Shown piece by piece: positions 8,846 to 17,519 of a stretch of 64,000 nucleotides of DNA. Below the pieces are notes generated by a model. That model was not told the origin of the DNA, did no database searches, and saw only the letters and a program-made list of their open reading frames with translations. Location of the stretch: the NCBI GenBank assembly GCA_964626845.1, contig CAZVGR010000007.1:4820-68819 (forward strand), given 5' to 3'. How positions within the stretch are numbered: position 1 is the stretch's first letter; every line of letters begins with the position of its first letter. The translations under genes were made by a program, and so were the position numbers. Source of the DNA: an uncultured Anaerolinea sp. GTDB taxonomy: Bacteria > Chloroflexota > Anaerolineae > JAAEKA01.

Positions 8846-10443
8846 CCTGTCTGCGCTGGCCGGCCGTCGCAACTGCGCTTTTCCTCTTTATTGCACTGGC
8901 AGCCGGTTGTATGCGCGCTGAGCTTGCACCGCCTACGCCAACTGCGCCATCTACTGAAGCCACGAAAGCACCAGCCATGAATCCAATCATTCCCCTGCCA
9001 GTCTCAGTGACCGAAACCGGCGCTGCGTTTGCCCTGATCGGCGCTGCGCCGATTGTAGTCGATGCCGACGACGCCGAGTTGGCCGCCGTCGGCGCCTATC
9101 TGGCCGAATGGCTGGCCGCGGCGACCGGGATTGCTGCGTCTGTACTGGTCGGCGACATGGAGCCCGCCGGCTCCATCCGCCTGACCCTCGCTGGCGCGGA
9201 TCCGGCGCTGGGCGACGAAGGCTATGAGCTAGCGGTGACGTCCGACGGCGTGACGATCAAGGCCAACCGGCCGGCTGGCGTCTTCTACGGCGTCCAGACC
9301 CTGCGTCAACTGCTGCCGGTTGAGATGGAGAGCGGCGCAGTCAAGCTCGGACGATGGACGATCCCCGCCGCCGTAATCCGCGACGCGCCGCGCTTCGCCT
9401 GGCGCGGCATGATGCTGGACGTGGCACGCCACTTCCCACCCGGCGGCGTCGAGGACGTCCAGCGGCTGATCGATCTGATGGCGCTCTACAAGCTGAACCG
9501 GCTGCACCTGCACCTGACCGACGACCAGGGCTGGCGGCTGATGATCGAGTCGTGGCCCCGGCTGGCCGAGGTCGGCGGCACTGACGCGGCCGTGGACGGC
9601 GACCCCGGCGGCTACTACACCCAGGCCCAGTACGCTGAACTGGTGGCCTACGCCGCCAGCCGCTACATCGACATCGTGCCGGAGATCGACCTGCCCGGCC
9701 ACACCAACGCCGCGCTGGCCGCCTATGCTGAGCTGAACTGCGACGGCGTGGCGAGGGAGCCGTACACCGGCATCGAGGTTGGTTTCAGCTCGCTGTGCAT
9801 CGACAAGGAGATCACCTACCAATTCGTCGACGACGTGCTGCGCGAGCTGGCTGCGCTGACGCCGGGGCCGTACCTCCACGTGGGCGGCGACGAGGCCCAC
9901 AGCACGCCCGACGCCGACTATGAGCGTTTCATGGCCCGCGTGCAGGAGATCGTCCGCTCGCACGGCAAGCAGATGCTGGCCTGGGAAGAGGCCGCGCGCA
10001 TCGAGCTGGCGCCTGGCTCGGCCGTGCAGCACTGGCACAGCGAGATGGCCGCCCGCGCCGCAGCGCAGGGCGCGCAGGTCATCATGTCGCCCTCGGCGCA
10101 CGCCTACCTGGACATGAAGTACGACGACTCGACGGCGTTGGGCCTGAACTGGGCCGGCAACATCAGCGTCGAGAAAGCCTATAGCTGGGACCCCGCCACC
10201 GTGCAGCCCGGCATCCCGGAGGAGGCCATCCTGGGCGTCGAGGCGCCGCTGTGGACCGAGACCGTGCGCACCCTGGACGACCTGGAGTATCTCGTCTTCC
10301 CCCGCCTGCTGGGCATCGCCGAGATCGGCTGGTCGCCGGCCGCGGGCAGATCGTGGGACGAGTACCGCCAGCGCCTGGCCGGCCACGCGGCGCGGCTGGA
10401 GGCGCTGGGCGTGAACTTCTACCGGGGGTGGACCGAGGACTGA
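8842..10443 (+). CDS. GH20 beta-N-acetylhexosaminidase (lipoprotein)
   Basis: Motifs 'RFAWRGMMLDVARHF', 'HLHLTDDQGWR' and 'HVGGDEA'. Signal 'ALFLFIALAAGC'. ATGA overlaps the GH3 stop. Confidence 0.9.
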   Translation: MTCLRWPAVATALFLFIALAAGCMRAELAPPTPTAPSTEATKAPAMNPIIPLPVSVTETGAAFALIGAAPIVVDADDAELAAVGAYLAEWLAAATGIAASVLVGDMEPAGSIRLTLAGADPALGDEGYELAVTSDGVTIKANRPAGVFYGVQTLRQLLPVEMESGAVKLGRWTIPAAVIRDAPRFAWRGMMLDVARHFPPGGVEDVQRLIDLMALYKLNRLHLHLTDDQGWRLMIESWPRLAEVGGTDAAVDGDPGGYYTQAQYAELVAYAASRYIDIVPEIDLPGHTNAALAAYAELNCDGVAREPYTGIEVGFSSLCIDKEITYQFVDDVLRELAALTPGPYLHVGGDEAHSTPDADYERFMARVQEIVRSHGKQMLAWEEAARIELAPGSAVQHWHSEMAARAAAQGAQVIMSPSAHAYLDMKYDDSTALGLNWAGNISVEKAYSWDPATVQPGIPEEAILGVEAPLWTETVRTLDDLEYLVFPRLLGIAEIGWSPAAGRSWDEYRQRLAGHAARLEALGVNFYRGWTED

Positions 10444-10518
10444 CAGTCCTGGTCCACCGGCAAACCATCTCGCCGCGCCGAGACCTGCTCAACAAACGAA
10501 TTCAGGACTGTCAGTCCT
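10436..10518. repeat. Second copy of the AGGACTGNCAGTCCT-flanked element; contains the GH20 stop codon
   Basis: AGGACTGACAGTCCT (10436-10450; the TGA at 10441-10443 is the GH20 stop) and AGGACTGTCAGTCCT (10504-10518) flank 53 nt. Confidence 0.8.
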
Positions 10519-10535
10519 GCGAGTTGGAGACACCG

Positions 10536-10883
10536 ATGGCAACCAAAATCGACATGATCGGCATCTTCGTCAACGACCTGCCCCGCATGGTGGCGTTCTA
10601 TCGTGACGTCCTGGGCTTCGCGACCGAGTGGGACGGCCAGGGGCCGTACGCCGAGTTCAAGCACGAGGGCGTGCGCTTCTCGATGTACGAGCGGGCGCAA
10701 CTGCCCGGCCTGCTGGGCCAGCCTCCGAGCTTTCCCAGCGGCCTCAACGGCACGTTCGAGCTGGCTATCGATCTGCCCACGTCGGCTGACGCCGACGCCA
10801 TGTTCGCCGCGATCGTCCGTCCGCGAGAGCAAGCGCACCGGAACGATTTGCCAAATCGTTCTACAACCGAGTTGCGTGCATGA
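10536..10883 (+). CDS. VOC/glyoxalase-family protein (C-terminus atypical)
   Basis: 'IDMIGIFVNDLPRMVAFYRDVLGF' is typical of the glyoxalase/bleomycin-resistance fold. The last ~20 aa look unlike the family. A 9-bp hairpin, GAACGATTT-GCC-AAATCGTTC, sits in the 3' end. Confidence 0.6.
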   Translation: MATKIDMIGIFVNDLPRMVAFYRDVLGFATEWDGQGPYAEFKHEGVRFSMYERAQLPGLLGQPPSFPSGLNGTFELAIDLPTSADADAMFAAIVRPREQAHRNDLPNRSTTELRA

Positions 10884-10901
10884 CGTGATCTGGAGCGACC
10901 C

Positions 10902-12248
10902 ATGAAACGCCACATCCTTCTGTTGACCACAGCGTTGTTTCTGCTGGCTGCCTGTTATCCACCGTCCGCGCCGCAGCAGCCGGATTCCGTTGCGCCGGAT
11001 GCGGTCGAGGCCGTTCCCGCGACGCCCGCGCCTGGCGTGCTGGTCGTCGATCCGTCCATCGACCTGGGTCCCATCAGCCCCTACCTCTACGGCACCAACT
11101 ATGGGCCGATGCACGCCGTGCCCATCGAGATGATGCCGGACATGGTCGCATCGCGCTTCACGGCGCTGCGCTGGCCGGGCGGGGCGTGGACCGACGAGGT
11201 GGATATGCAGCCTTTCCAGCTCGACCAGTTCGTCTGGTTCTACCAGCAGTTGGGCGCGCTGCCCACGGTCAGCGTGCGGCTGTTCGGCGGCAAGCCGGAG
11301 ACCGCGGCTGATCTGGTGCGCTATGCCAACCTGGAGATGGGCTACGGCATCGAGTACTGGAGCATCGGCAACGAGCCGACGCTGTTCGAGGAACAAAAGA
11401 GGGTACCTTACGACACCGAACGTTTCAACCGCGAGTGGCGCGCCATTGCCGAGGCCATGAAGGCGATCGATCCCAGCATCAAGCTGCTGGGGCCGGAGCT
11501 GCACCAGTGGAACCGCGGCCTGGCCTCCACGCCCAAGGACGCGGCCGGCCGCGACTGGATGACTGAGTTCTTGCAGGCCAACGGCGACCTGGTAGACGTG
11601 GTGACGGTGCATCGCTATCCGTATTGGAGCGCGACCAACGAGCCGGCCAGCTTCGAGCAGATGCAGGCCTACGCCGCGGCCATGCCCCATGAGATCGCCT
11701 ACCTGCGCAGCCTGATCCAGGAGATCACCGGCCGCGACCTGCCCATCGCCGTCACCGAGCTGAACTCGACGCCCACCAGCGTCATGGGCCAGCCGGCCAG
11801 CCCCGACTCGCACTTCAACGCCATCTGGTACGCCGACGTGTTGGGCCGGCTGATGAGCGAGGACGTGTGGATGGTCAACCAGTGGGTCATCTCCCAGCGC
11901 AGCACCGGGCTGGGGCTGATCAACGGCTTCACCATCCGGCCGACGCTGTACACCTTCCAGATGTACAAGCACTTCGGCGACCAGCAGGTGCATGCCGCCT
12001 CAGGCGCGCCAGGCGTGACGGTCTACGCTGCGCGGCGGGACGACGGCGCGCTGACGGTGATGGCCATCAACCTGGGCGAGGCCGGGCAGACCGTCACCAT
12101 CGATCTGGCCGGCGTCTCGCCGACCGAGGCCGAGATATGGCTGCTGGACAAGGATCACAGCGCCGAGAGCCTGGGTGTGCAGCCGTGGCCGGCTGACGGC
12201 CAGATGACGCTGCCCGCGCAGTCGGTGACGTTGTACGTGGTGCGATAA
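10902..12248 (+). CDS. Secreted lipoprotein glycoside hydrolase, clan GH-A (beta/alpha)8 fold, family not assigned
   Basis: Signal 'LLLTTALFLLAACY'. Motifs 'LRWPGGAWTD', 'YWSIGNEP' (acid/base-type NEP motif) and 'VTELNS' (nucleophile-type). Confidence 0.65.
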   Translation: MKRHILLLTTALFLLAACYPPSAPQQPDSVAPDAVEAVPATPAPGVLVVDPSIDLGPISPYLYGTNYGPMHAVPIEMMPDMVASRFTALRWPGGAWTDEVDMQPFQLDQFVWFYQQLGALPTVSVRLFGGKPETAADLVRYANLEMGYGIEYWSIGNEPTLFEEQKRVPYDTERFNREWRAIAEAMKAIDPSIKLLGPELHQWNRGLASTPKDAAGRDWMTEFLQANGDLVDVVTVHRYPYWSATNEPASFEQMQAYAAAMPHEIAYLRSLIQEITGRDLPIAVTELNSTPTSVMGQPASPDSHFNAIWYADVLGRLMSEDVWMVNQWVISQRSTGLGLINGFTIRPTLYTFQMYKHFGDQQVHAASGAPGVTVYAARRDDGALTVMAINLGEAGQTVTIDLAGVSPTEAEIWLLDKDHSAESLGVQPWPADGQMTLPAQSVTLYVVR

Positions 12249-12302
12249 CCCAATGAATGCACCACCGGCGTCTTGAATGTGAAGCCCTCCCTCATGTGAG
12301 AT

Positions 12303-12423
12303 CGCCGGGGGATGAATCCCACCGGCTACAAAACTGCGCCGGATCAATCCGGCTTGACCGGCGCACAACCTAGCCCCGTTGACGGGGCGCCGCTGAATAG
12401 CCGGTGGGATTGATCCCCCGGCG
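12303..12423. repeat. Nested palindromic REP-like element (26-bp outer stem enclosing two small hairpins)
   Basis: CGCCGGGGGATGAATCCCACCGGCTA (12303-12328) pairs with TAGCCGGTGGGATTGATCCCCCGGCG (12398-12423). The inner hairpins are CCGGATCAATCCGG and GCCCCGTTGACGGGGC. Confidence 0.7.
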
Positions 12424-12493
12424 GTTGCCGCTGGCGCATTGATTTCATAATTGGTCATATCCCAATCCATGGTGCAAGGCTTGAGGAGATTCC

Positions 12494-14902
12494 ATGCAAT
12501 ACGGCCATTTCGACGACGACGCCAAAGAATACGTCATCACCCGCCCCGACACGCCCCAGTCGTGGAGCAACTACCTGGGTTCCACCGAGTACGGCGCGAT
12601 CATCACCAACAACGCGGGCGGCTATGGCTTCTACAAGTCGGGCGCGCGCGGCCGCTTCCTGCGCCTGCGCTTCAACAGCGTGCCCACCGACCAGCCCGGC
12701 CGCTACTTCTACCTGCGCGACCAGGAGAGCAGCGACTACTGGTCGGCCTCCTGGCAGCCGGTGGGCAAGCCGCTGGACGCCTACCAGTCCACGTGCCGCC
12801 ACGGCACGGCCTACACCGTGATCGAGGCGCGCTACAGCGGCATCCACAGCGAGTCCACCTATTTCGTGCCGCTGGGCCAGACCTTCGAGTACTGGCGGCT
12901 CAAGGTGACCAACGAGAGCGAGCGGCCGCGCCGCCTGGCAGTGTTCTCCTACTGCGAGTGGACCAACCAGTGGCACACGGTACAGGACCAGGTCAACCTG
13001 CAATACTCGCTCTTCATCGTCAAGGGCGGGCTGACCAAGGATGGCCTGTTGCGCATTGCCATCCACGATAACCTGACGCCGGAGCCGGGTGCGGACGCGA
13101 ACGCGGGCCGCGCCGACGACATCGGCATGCACGCCTGGTTGGCGCTGATCGGCGCGCCGCTGGCCGGCTACGACACCAGCCGGGAAGCGTTCCTCGGCCC
13201 TTACCGGGGCTACCACAACCCGATGGCCGTGGAGCAGGGCCGGTGCAGCAACTCCGACGCCTACGGCGACAACGCCTGCGGCAGCGTGCAGGCCGAGCTG
13301 GTCCTGCAGCCGGGCGAGAGCCGCGAGTTGTTGCTGATGCTGGGCATCGGCGACGCGCACACCCTGGGCCGCCGCGCGGTTGCCGAATATGGCTCGCTGG
13401 AGCGGGCCGAGGCCGAGCTGGCGCGGCTGAAGCAGAGCTGGCACAGCAAGCTGGGCAGCCTGGTGGTGCGGACGCCCGACCCCGATTTCGACCACACGGT
13501 CAACGTCTGGGGCCTCTACAACAGCCTGATCACCTTTGCCTGGTCGCGGGCCGCCAGCCTGGTCTACAACGGCGAGCGAGACGGCCTGGGCTTCCGCGAC
13601 TCGGTGCAGGACATCCTGGGCGTGGTCGCCGCCATTCCCGATGAGGCCCGCGCGCGGCTGGCGCTGATGCTGACCGGCCAGCTCGCCAACGGCGGCGCCA
13701 TGCCCATCGTCAAGCCCTTCGAGCACCGCCCCGGCCACGAGACCGCGCCGCCGTCCGACGAGCTGCGCTCCGACGACTGCCTCTGGTTCTTCAACGCCGT
13801 GCCGGCCTACGTGGCCGAGACGGGCGACTTCGACTTCTACAGCACGGTGCTGCCCTACGCCGACCAGGGCGAGGACACCGTCTTCGGCCACCTGCGCCGC
13901 GCCTTGCAGTTCAACCTGGAGCGCCGGGGACGCAACCAACTGCCCTGCGGCCTGGCGGCCGACTGGAACGACTGCCTGGTGCTGGGCTACCACGGCGAGA
14001 GCCTGTTCGTGGCCCTACAGCTCAGACTGGGGCTGACCGTCTATGCCGAGATCGCCGAGCGGCTGGGCAAGCCAGAGGAGGCGCGCTGGGCGCTGGCGCA
14101 CCGCAAGCGACTGGACGCCTACATCCAGAGCGTGGGCTGGGACGGCGACTGGTTCATCTGGGCCATCACCGAGGACGGCACGGTCTACGGCACCAAGAAC
14201 TACCCCGAGGGCCAGGTCTACCTCAACACCCAGGTCTGGGCGGTGCTCAGCGGCGCGGCCACCGCGGAGCAGGCCGAGCGCTGCATGGCGACGGTGCACG
14301 AACGGCTGGCGACCCCCTACGGCCTGATGCTGTCGGCCCCGCCCTTTGTCAAGAGCCCGGTGCAGGTGATGCGCGCGGTGGTCTTCAACCCCGGCATCAA
14401 GGAGAACGCAGGCATCTTCAACCACACCCAGGGCTGGGGCGTGATGGCCGAGTGCCTGCTGGGCCACGGCGACCGGGCCTGGGAGTACTACCGGGCCGCC
14501 ATGCCGGCCGCCTGGAACGACCGCGCCGAGATCCGCCAGTGCGAGCCCTACGTGCAGGGCCAGACCACCTACTCGACCTACTCCCCGCGGCCGGGCAACA
14601 CCCGCACCTCGTGGCTGACCGGCGCGGCCGCCTGGTCGTACTGGAGCGCGACGCAATACATCCTGGGCCTGCAGCCGGAGGTGGACGGCCTGCGCATAGA
14701 CCCGTGCATCCCGTCGGTCTGGCCTGGCTTCACGGCTACCCGCCGCTTCCGTGGCAAAGTCGTCGAGATCGAGGTGCGCAACCCAGAGGGCGTTTGCCGC
14801 GGCGTCCGGTCGATCACCCTCAACGGCGATGCGTTGGCCGACAACCTGCTGCCGGCCGGCCGGCTGGTCGCGCATAATTGGGTCGAGGTGGTGCTGGGGT
14901 AG
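12494..14902 (+). CDS. GH94 disaccharide phosphorylase, second paralog
   Basis: Starts 'MQYGHFDDDAKEYVITRPDTPQSWSNYLG'. Motifs 'GFRDSVQDILG', 'AADWNDCLVL', 'FNHTQGW' and 'TSWLTGAAAW'. Confidence 0.9.
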   Translation: MQYGHFDDDAKEYVITRPDTPQSWSNYLGSTEYGAIITNNAGGYGFYKSGARGRFLRLRFNSVPTDQPGRYFYLRDQESSDYWSASWQPVGKPLDAYQSTCRHGTAYTVIEARYSGIHSESTYFVPLGQTFEYWRLKVTNESERPRRLAVFSYCEWTNQWHTVQDQVNLQYSLFIVKGGLTKDGLLRIAIHDNLTPEPGADANAGRADDIGMHAWLALIGAPLAGYDTSREAFLGPYRGYHNPMAVEQGRCSNSDAYGDNACGSVQAELVLQPGESRELLLMLGIGDAHTLGRRAVAEYGSLERAEAELARLKQSWHSKLGSLVVRTPDPDFDHTVNVWGLYNSLITFAWSRAASLVYNGERDGLGFRDSVQDILGVVAAIPDEARARLALMLTGQLANGGAMPIVKPFEHRPGHETAPPSDELRSDDCLWFFNAVPAYVAETGDFDFYSTVLPYADQGEDTVFGHLRRALQFNLERRGRNQLPCGLAADWNDCLVLGYHGESLFVALQLRLGLTVYAEIAERLGKPEEARWALAHRKRLDAYIQSVGWDGDWFIWAITEDGTVYGTKNYPEGQVYLNTQVWAVLSGAATAEQAERCMATVHERLATPYGLMLSAPPFVKSPVQVMRAVVFNPGIKENAGIFNHTQGWGVMAECLLGHGDRAWEYYRAAMPAAWNDRAEIRQCEPYVQGQTTYSTYSPRPGNTRTSWLTGAAAWSYWSATQYILGLQPEVDGLRIDPCIPSVWPGFTATRRFRGKVVEIEVRNPEGVCRGVRSITLNGDALADNLLPAGRLVAHNWVEVVLG

Positions 14903-14942
14903 GTCCGGCTATTGGGAACCATCCCGGAGGGACCAGCCGGAC
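14903..14942. repeat. GTCCGGCT...AGCCGGAC hairpin after the GH94-2 stop
   Basis: 8-bp arms at 14903-14910 and 14935-14942. The same arm sequence forms a hairpin at 27862-27880. Confidence 0.4.
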
Positions 14943-14986
14943 GCTACGCACACCGGCGAACACGCCTGTCGCGTTGCCGCCGTGAC

Positions 14987-15505
14987 TTACGGTGTAGTCG
15001 GCAGAGGGATCTGCCGCCTGGTGGAAACAGCCTTGGCGACTGCCAGCAGGACGAACAGGCTAATCGGTATGCCAAGAATCACGTAAGCCCAGGTGAAGTA
15101 GGGCAGCGCCTCAGTGCGAATCATGGTGACGAGATCGGCGCCCGGAGCCAGGAACCACCTCAAGGTCGAAGCGATCGATCCGGGAAATGCTCCCAGGACA
15201 ACCATCGTTCCTGCCAGGATCAGCAGCCGCTCGCCCACCGCTGCGGCGATGCCGAGGATGCTCACTCGCAGTGTGTCGCCCAGTCGGAAGCAGCCCAGCA
15301 CAAGTCCTCCCGCCACATAGGGAACGACCAGCAGAGCGGCAGCCAACAAGAAAGCTGATCGCGGATCCACACCGATCTCGGGCGCATAGGAACCGTTGAG
15401 AGGACTGCGCCAACGGGCCTGGACAGCGAGCAGCGTGATGATGTAGCTCCAGATCACGGTCAGGAAGTAGAGCACTGACATGAGAAGGAAGGAGCGGGTT
15501 TTCAT
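14987..15505 (-). CDS. Hypothetical multi-pass membrane protein
   Basis: 172-aa ORF with about 4-5 hydrophobic segments. It lies 11 nt downstream of 15517..15873 on the same strand, in the lower-GC region. Confidence 0.6.
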   Translation of the reverse strand: MKTRSFLLMSVLYFLTVIWSYIITLLAVQARWRSPLNGSYAPEIGVDPRSAFLLAAALLVVPYVAGGLVLGCFRLGDTLRVSILGIAAAVGERLLILAGTMVVLGAFPGSIASTLRWFLAPGADLVTMIRTEALPYFTWAYVILGIPISLFVLLAVAKAVSTRRQIPLPTTP

Positions 15506-15516
15506 TGACTTGACAA

Positions 15517-15873
15517 TTATGGTGCGGGGAATTCGAGAATCTCGCTGCTGATTCGTTGACGAAACGACGCGTTATCTGTATTGTCCATGTACGGATAAGC
15601 ATAGACATATTGGATGCCATCAGCTTCTTGAACTGTCCAATGCAAGACCTTGTCACCAAATTCCTGGATCAGCAATTCATGGACATGTTTGCGAATTCCT
15701 TCTCCCATCTCTTCATGCAGGGCAATGACGTTGTAACCACCATCGCTCTTTTGTACAATCTCCCACGGCTGGAGGGGTCCTTGTTCCCCGTCCTGTGCTG
15801 ACGCCATGGCAGAGACGAACAGCATGCTCAACAGAGCAAGCACGATCAAGAACCCAATGCCTCGCTTCGACAT
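15517..15873 (-). CDS. Hypothetical small secreted protein
   Basis: Start 'MSKRGIGFLIVLALLSMLFVSAMASAQ' (signal peptide) is preceded by GGAGG. The track ORF start at 15924 runs into the conserved upstream element and is rejected. Confidence 0.6.
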   Translation of the reverse strand: MSKRGIGFLIVLALLSMLFVSAMASAQDGEQGPLQPWEIVQKSDGGYNVIALHEEMGEGIRKHVHELLIQEFGDKVLHWTVQEADGIQYVYAYPYMDNTDNASFRQRISSEILEFPAP

Positions 15874-15905
15874 GGTGAAACCTCCTAATGCCGCAAAACT
15901 CGTGC

Positions 15906-15998
15906 GCCGAACGCCTCGGCGCACTTACACCATACCACGAAATCCCCCGGAAACTTGTGATTGTTTGTGATTGTTTGAGATCACGGGCGAATACCCCG
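15906..15998 (-). promoter_or_regulatory. Conserved ~93-bp upstream module, copy 1 (tandem decamers, TGnTATGGT box, leader hairpin)
   Basis: Near-identical to 17365-17457. On the coding strand it reads ...ACAATCACAAACAATCACAAGTTTCCGGGGGATTTCGTGGTATGGTGTAAGTGCGCCGAGGCGTTCGGCGCAC. The hairpin GTGCGCCGA-N5-TCGGCGCAC (15902-15924) is followed by GAGTTTTG. Confidence 0.55.
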
Positions 15999-16159
15999 TA
16001 AGGAGGCACTGCCTTCGGTGGACGCGACCGCCCTGGTTTCCAGTCATAGGCGCTTGCAACCAATTCGTTATCTGCATTGGCAATACAGACGCCGCTGCAT
16101 GTGTGAGTTCAAGTCCTTCCAAGATGGTTTCCAATGCCTGACGCCTGCGGCCGAAGTGG

Positions 16160-17326
16160 TCACTCCTCCTTGACAACCAGTGATATCTTGTACGATGACC
16201 ACATGTCGATCCCCAAACCGTATGTCAGATGACCACCGAGCGTTTCCCTGGTCAGATCCATGCGGGCTTCGGGAAAGGGTTGGCCGTAGAAGACAAGTTC
16301 ATACTGCCCTGGTCTGGTTGGGGCTGTGATCTTCACAGGGATTACATATTGGGCCTGTGATTTGGCGGAGACATACAAAGGCGCATGGCGCTCCCTGCGA
16401 TGTTCAATGGGGATCTGTTCGTTATCCAGGAATGCAGAAAGCGCAAGATCAACCTGAATCGGCTGACTATTTGACAGATGGAGGTAGATCTGTATCTCTT
16501 GTTCAGGCGTTGCCGACAGCAGAGCGTCCTGTTGGACCCCACCCATCCGATTCCACGGCATTGCTTTCTTACTAGCCGCAAGGCCATCCATGCCCATGGC
16601 ATGTAGCGGCGCCGGTAGGCCCTTAAATGGGCGATCAACAGGCGTTGTGTCTCCGCCAACAGCTATGCTGGCTCGAATTGCCATGACCGTCGAAACCCAA
16701 CGCGCCTCCGGCTGCCCTTCGTCGTGATCCAGAAGCGGATCGCGCTCGAAAACTACTGTCAAGTCGTGTAGTCCTTGTTCCAATCCGTCGATCCTGATAG
16801 GTATTACAACAAGCTGACCATCGTTCAGCGTTACCATCTGCACGGCCGTTGTATCCGGAGTGCAAGGGCGCTGAATGAAATCGACCAGACAACTGATAGC
16901 GTAGGTGCGCGGCTTTGGCTCGAACGAACCAAGCTCGAACTGGCCAACAAACGGCGCGCCATTGTCGATAACGTAGAGCGAGTTGTCGTCGCTGGCCTGT
17001 TCCGACCAGGTTCCGAGCAAGGCGACATAGCCGCCGCGGTTGGTTTGGGCCACCGCCAGGACGTTCTCCAGATCATCCGGGGTGTTTCCTTTGATTGCCG
17101 TAGGGTCAGCGTCTGGCGGGACGGTCAGCGGTTGCACCGTTTCCGGTTCGCGCCAGGAAACAGTGCGCTCAGGGGCAAGCCAAACCAACGGCGTGTGCAA
17201 CAGCAGGCAATCTCTTCGGGTCAACAAGGTGGGGCCGGCGCAGTTTTGGGAGAGCGCGATATCTAGCAGGAGTACCACTAGTAACACCGCAAGAAGAAGA
17301 ATAGCGACGTGCTTCTTGGACATCAT
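16160..17326 (-). CDS. Hypothetical membrane-anchored extracytoplasmic protein
   Basis: Start 'MMSKKHVAILLLAVLLVVLLLDIAL' is preceded by AAGGAG. I recognise no domain. The track ORF start at 17611 reads through the conserved upstream module. Confidence 0.6.
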   Translation of the reverse strand: MMSKKHVAILLLAVLLVVLLLDIALSQNCAGPTLLTRRDCLLLHTPLVWLAPERTVSWREPETVQPLTVPPDADPTAIKGNTPDDLENVLAVAQTNRGGYVALLGTWSEQASDDNSLYVIDNGAPFVGQFELGSFEPKPRTYAISCLVDFIQRPCTPDTTAVQMVTLNDGQLVVIPIRIDGLEQGLHDLTVVFERDPLLDHDEGQPEARWVSTVMAIRASIAVGGDTTPVDRPFKGLPAPLHAMGMDGLAASKKAMPWNRMGGVQQDALLSATPEQEIQIYLHLSNSQPIQVDLALSAFLDNEQIPIEHRRERHAPLYVSAKSQAQYVIPVKITAPTRPGQYELVFYGQPFPEARMDLTRETLGGHLTYGLGIDMWSSYKISLVVKEE

Positions 17327-17364
17327 GGTATGGACTCCTTTCGCGTACGCCAGAAGACAGTTCC

Positions 17365-17457
17365 GCCGAACGCCTCGACGCACTTTCACCATACCACGAA
17401 ATCCCCCGGGAATTTGTGATTGTTTGTGATTGTTTATGATCTCAGGCGGATACCCCG
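17365..17457 (-). promoter_or_regulatory. Conserved ~93-bp upstream module, copy 2
   Basis: Aligns with 15906-15998 with a few substitutions or indels (by eye). The tandem TGTGATTGTT decamers are at 17415-17434 on the plus strand. Confidence 0.55.
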
Positions 17458-17519
17458 ACAGCGTTGCCCAATGCCTCGTAGTAGCTACTGCTCCAACTAC
17501 TAAATATCGGTACACCATG

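Noticed and set aside
10800-10883. Frameshifted pseudogene call for the VOC-family gene
   Set aside because: The C-terminal ~20 aa look atypical. However, neither alternative frame restores a recognisable glyoxalase C-terminus, so disruption cannot be demonstrated from the sequence alone.
12303-12423. tRNA or other known RNA gene
   Set aside because: The 26-bp outer stem and the lack of tRNA-like arms or an anticodon loop do not fit. I found no convincing tRNA, rRNA, tmRNA or riboswitch signature anywhere in the window by eye. A covariance-model scan would be needed to be sure.
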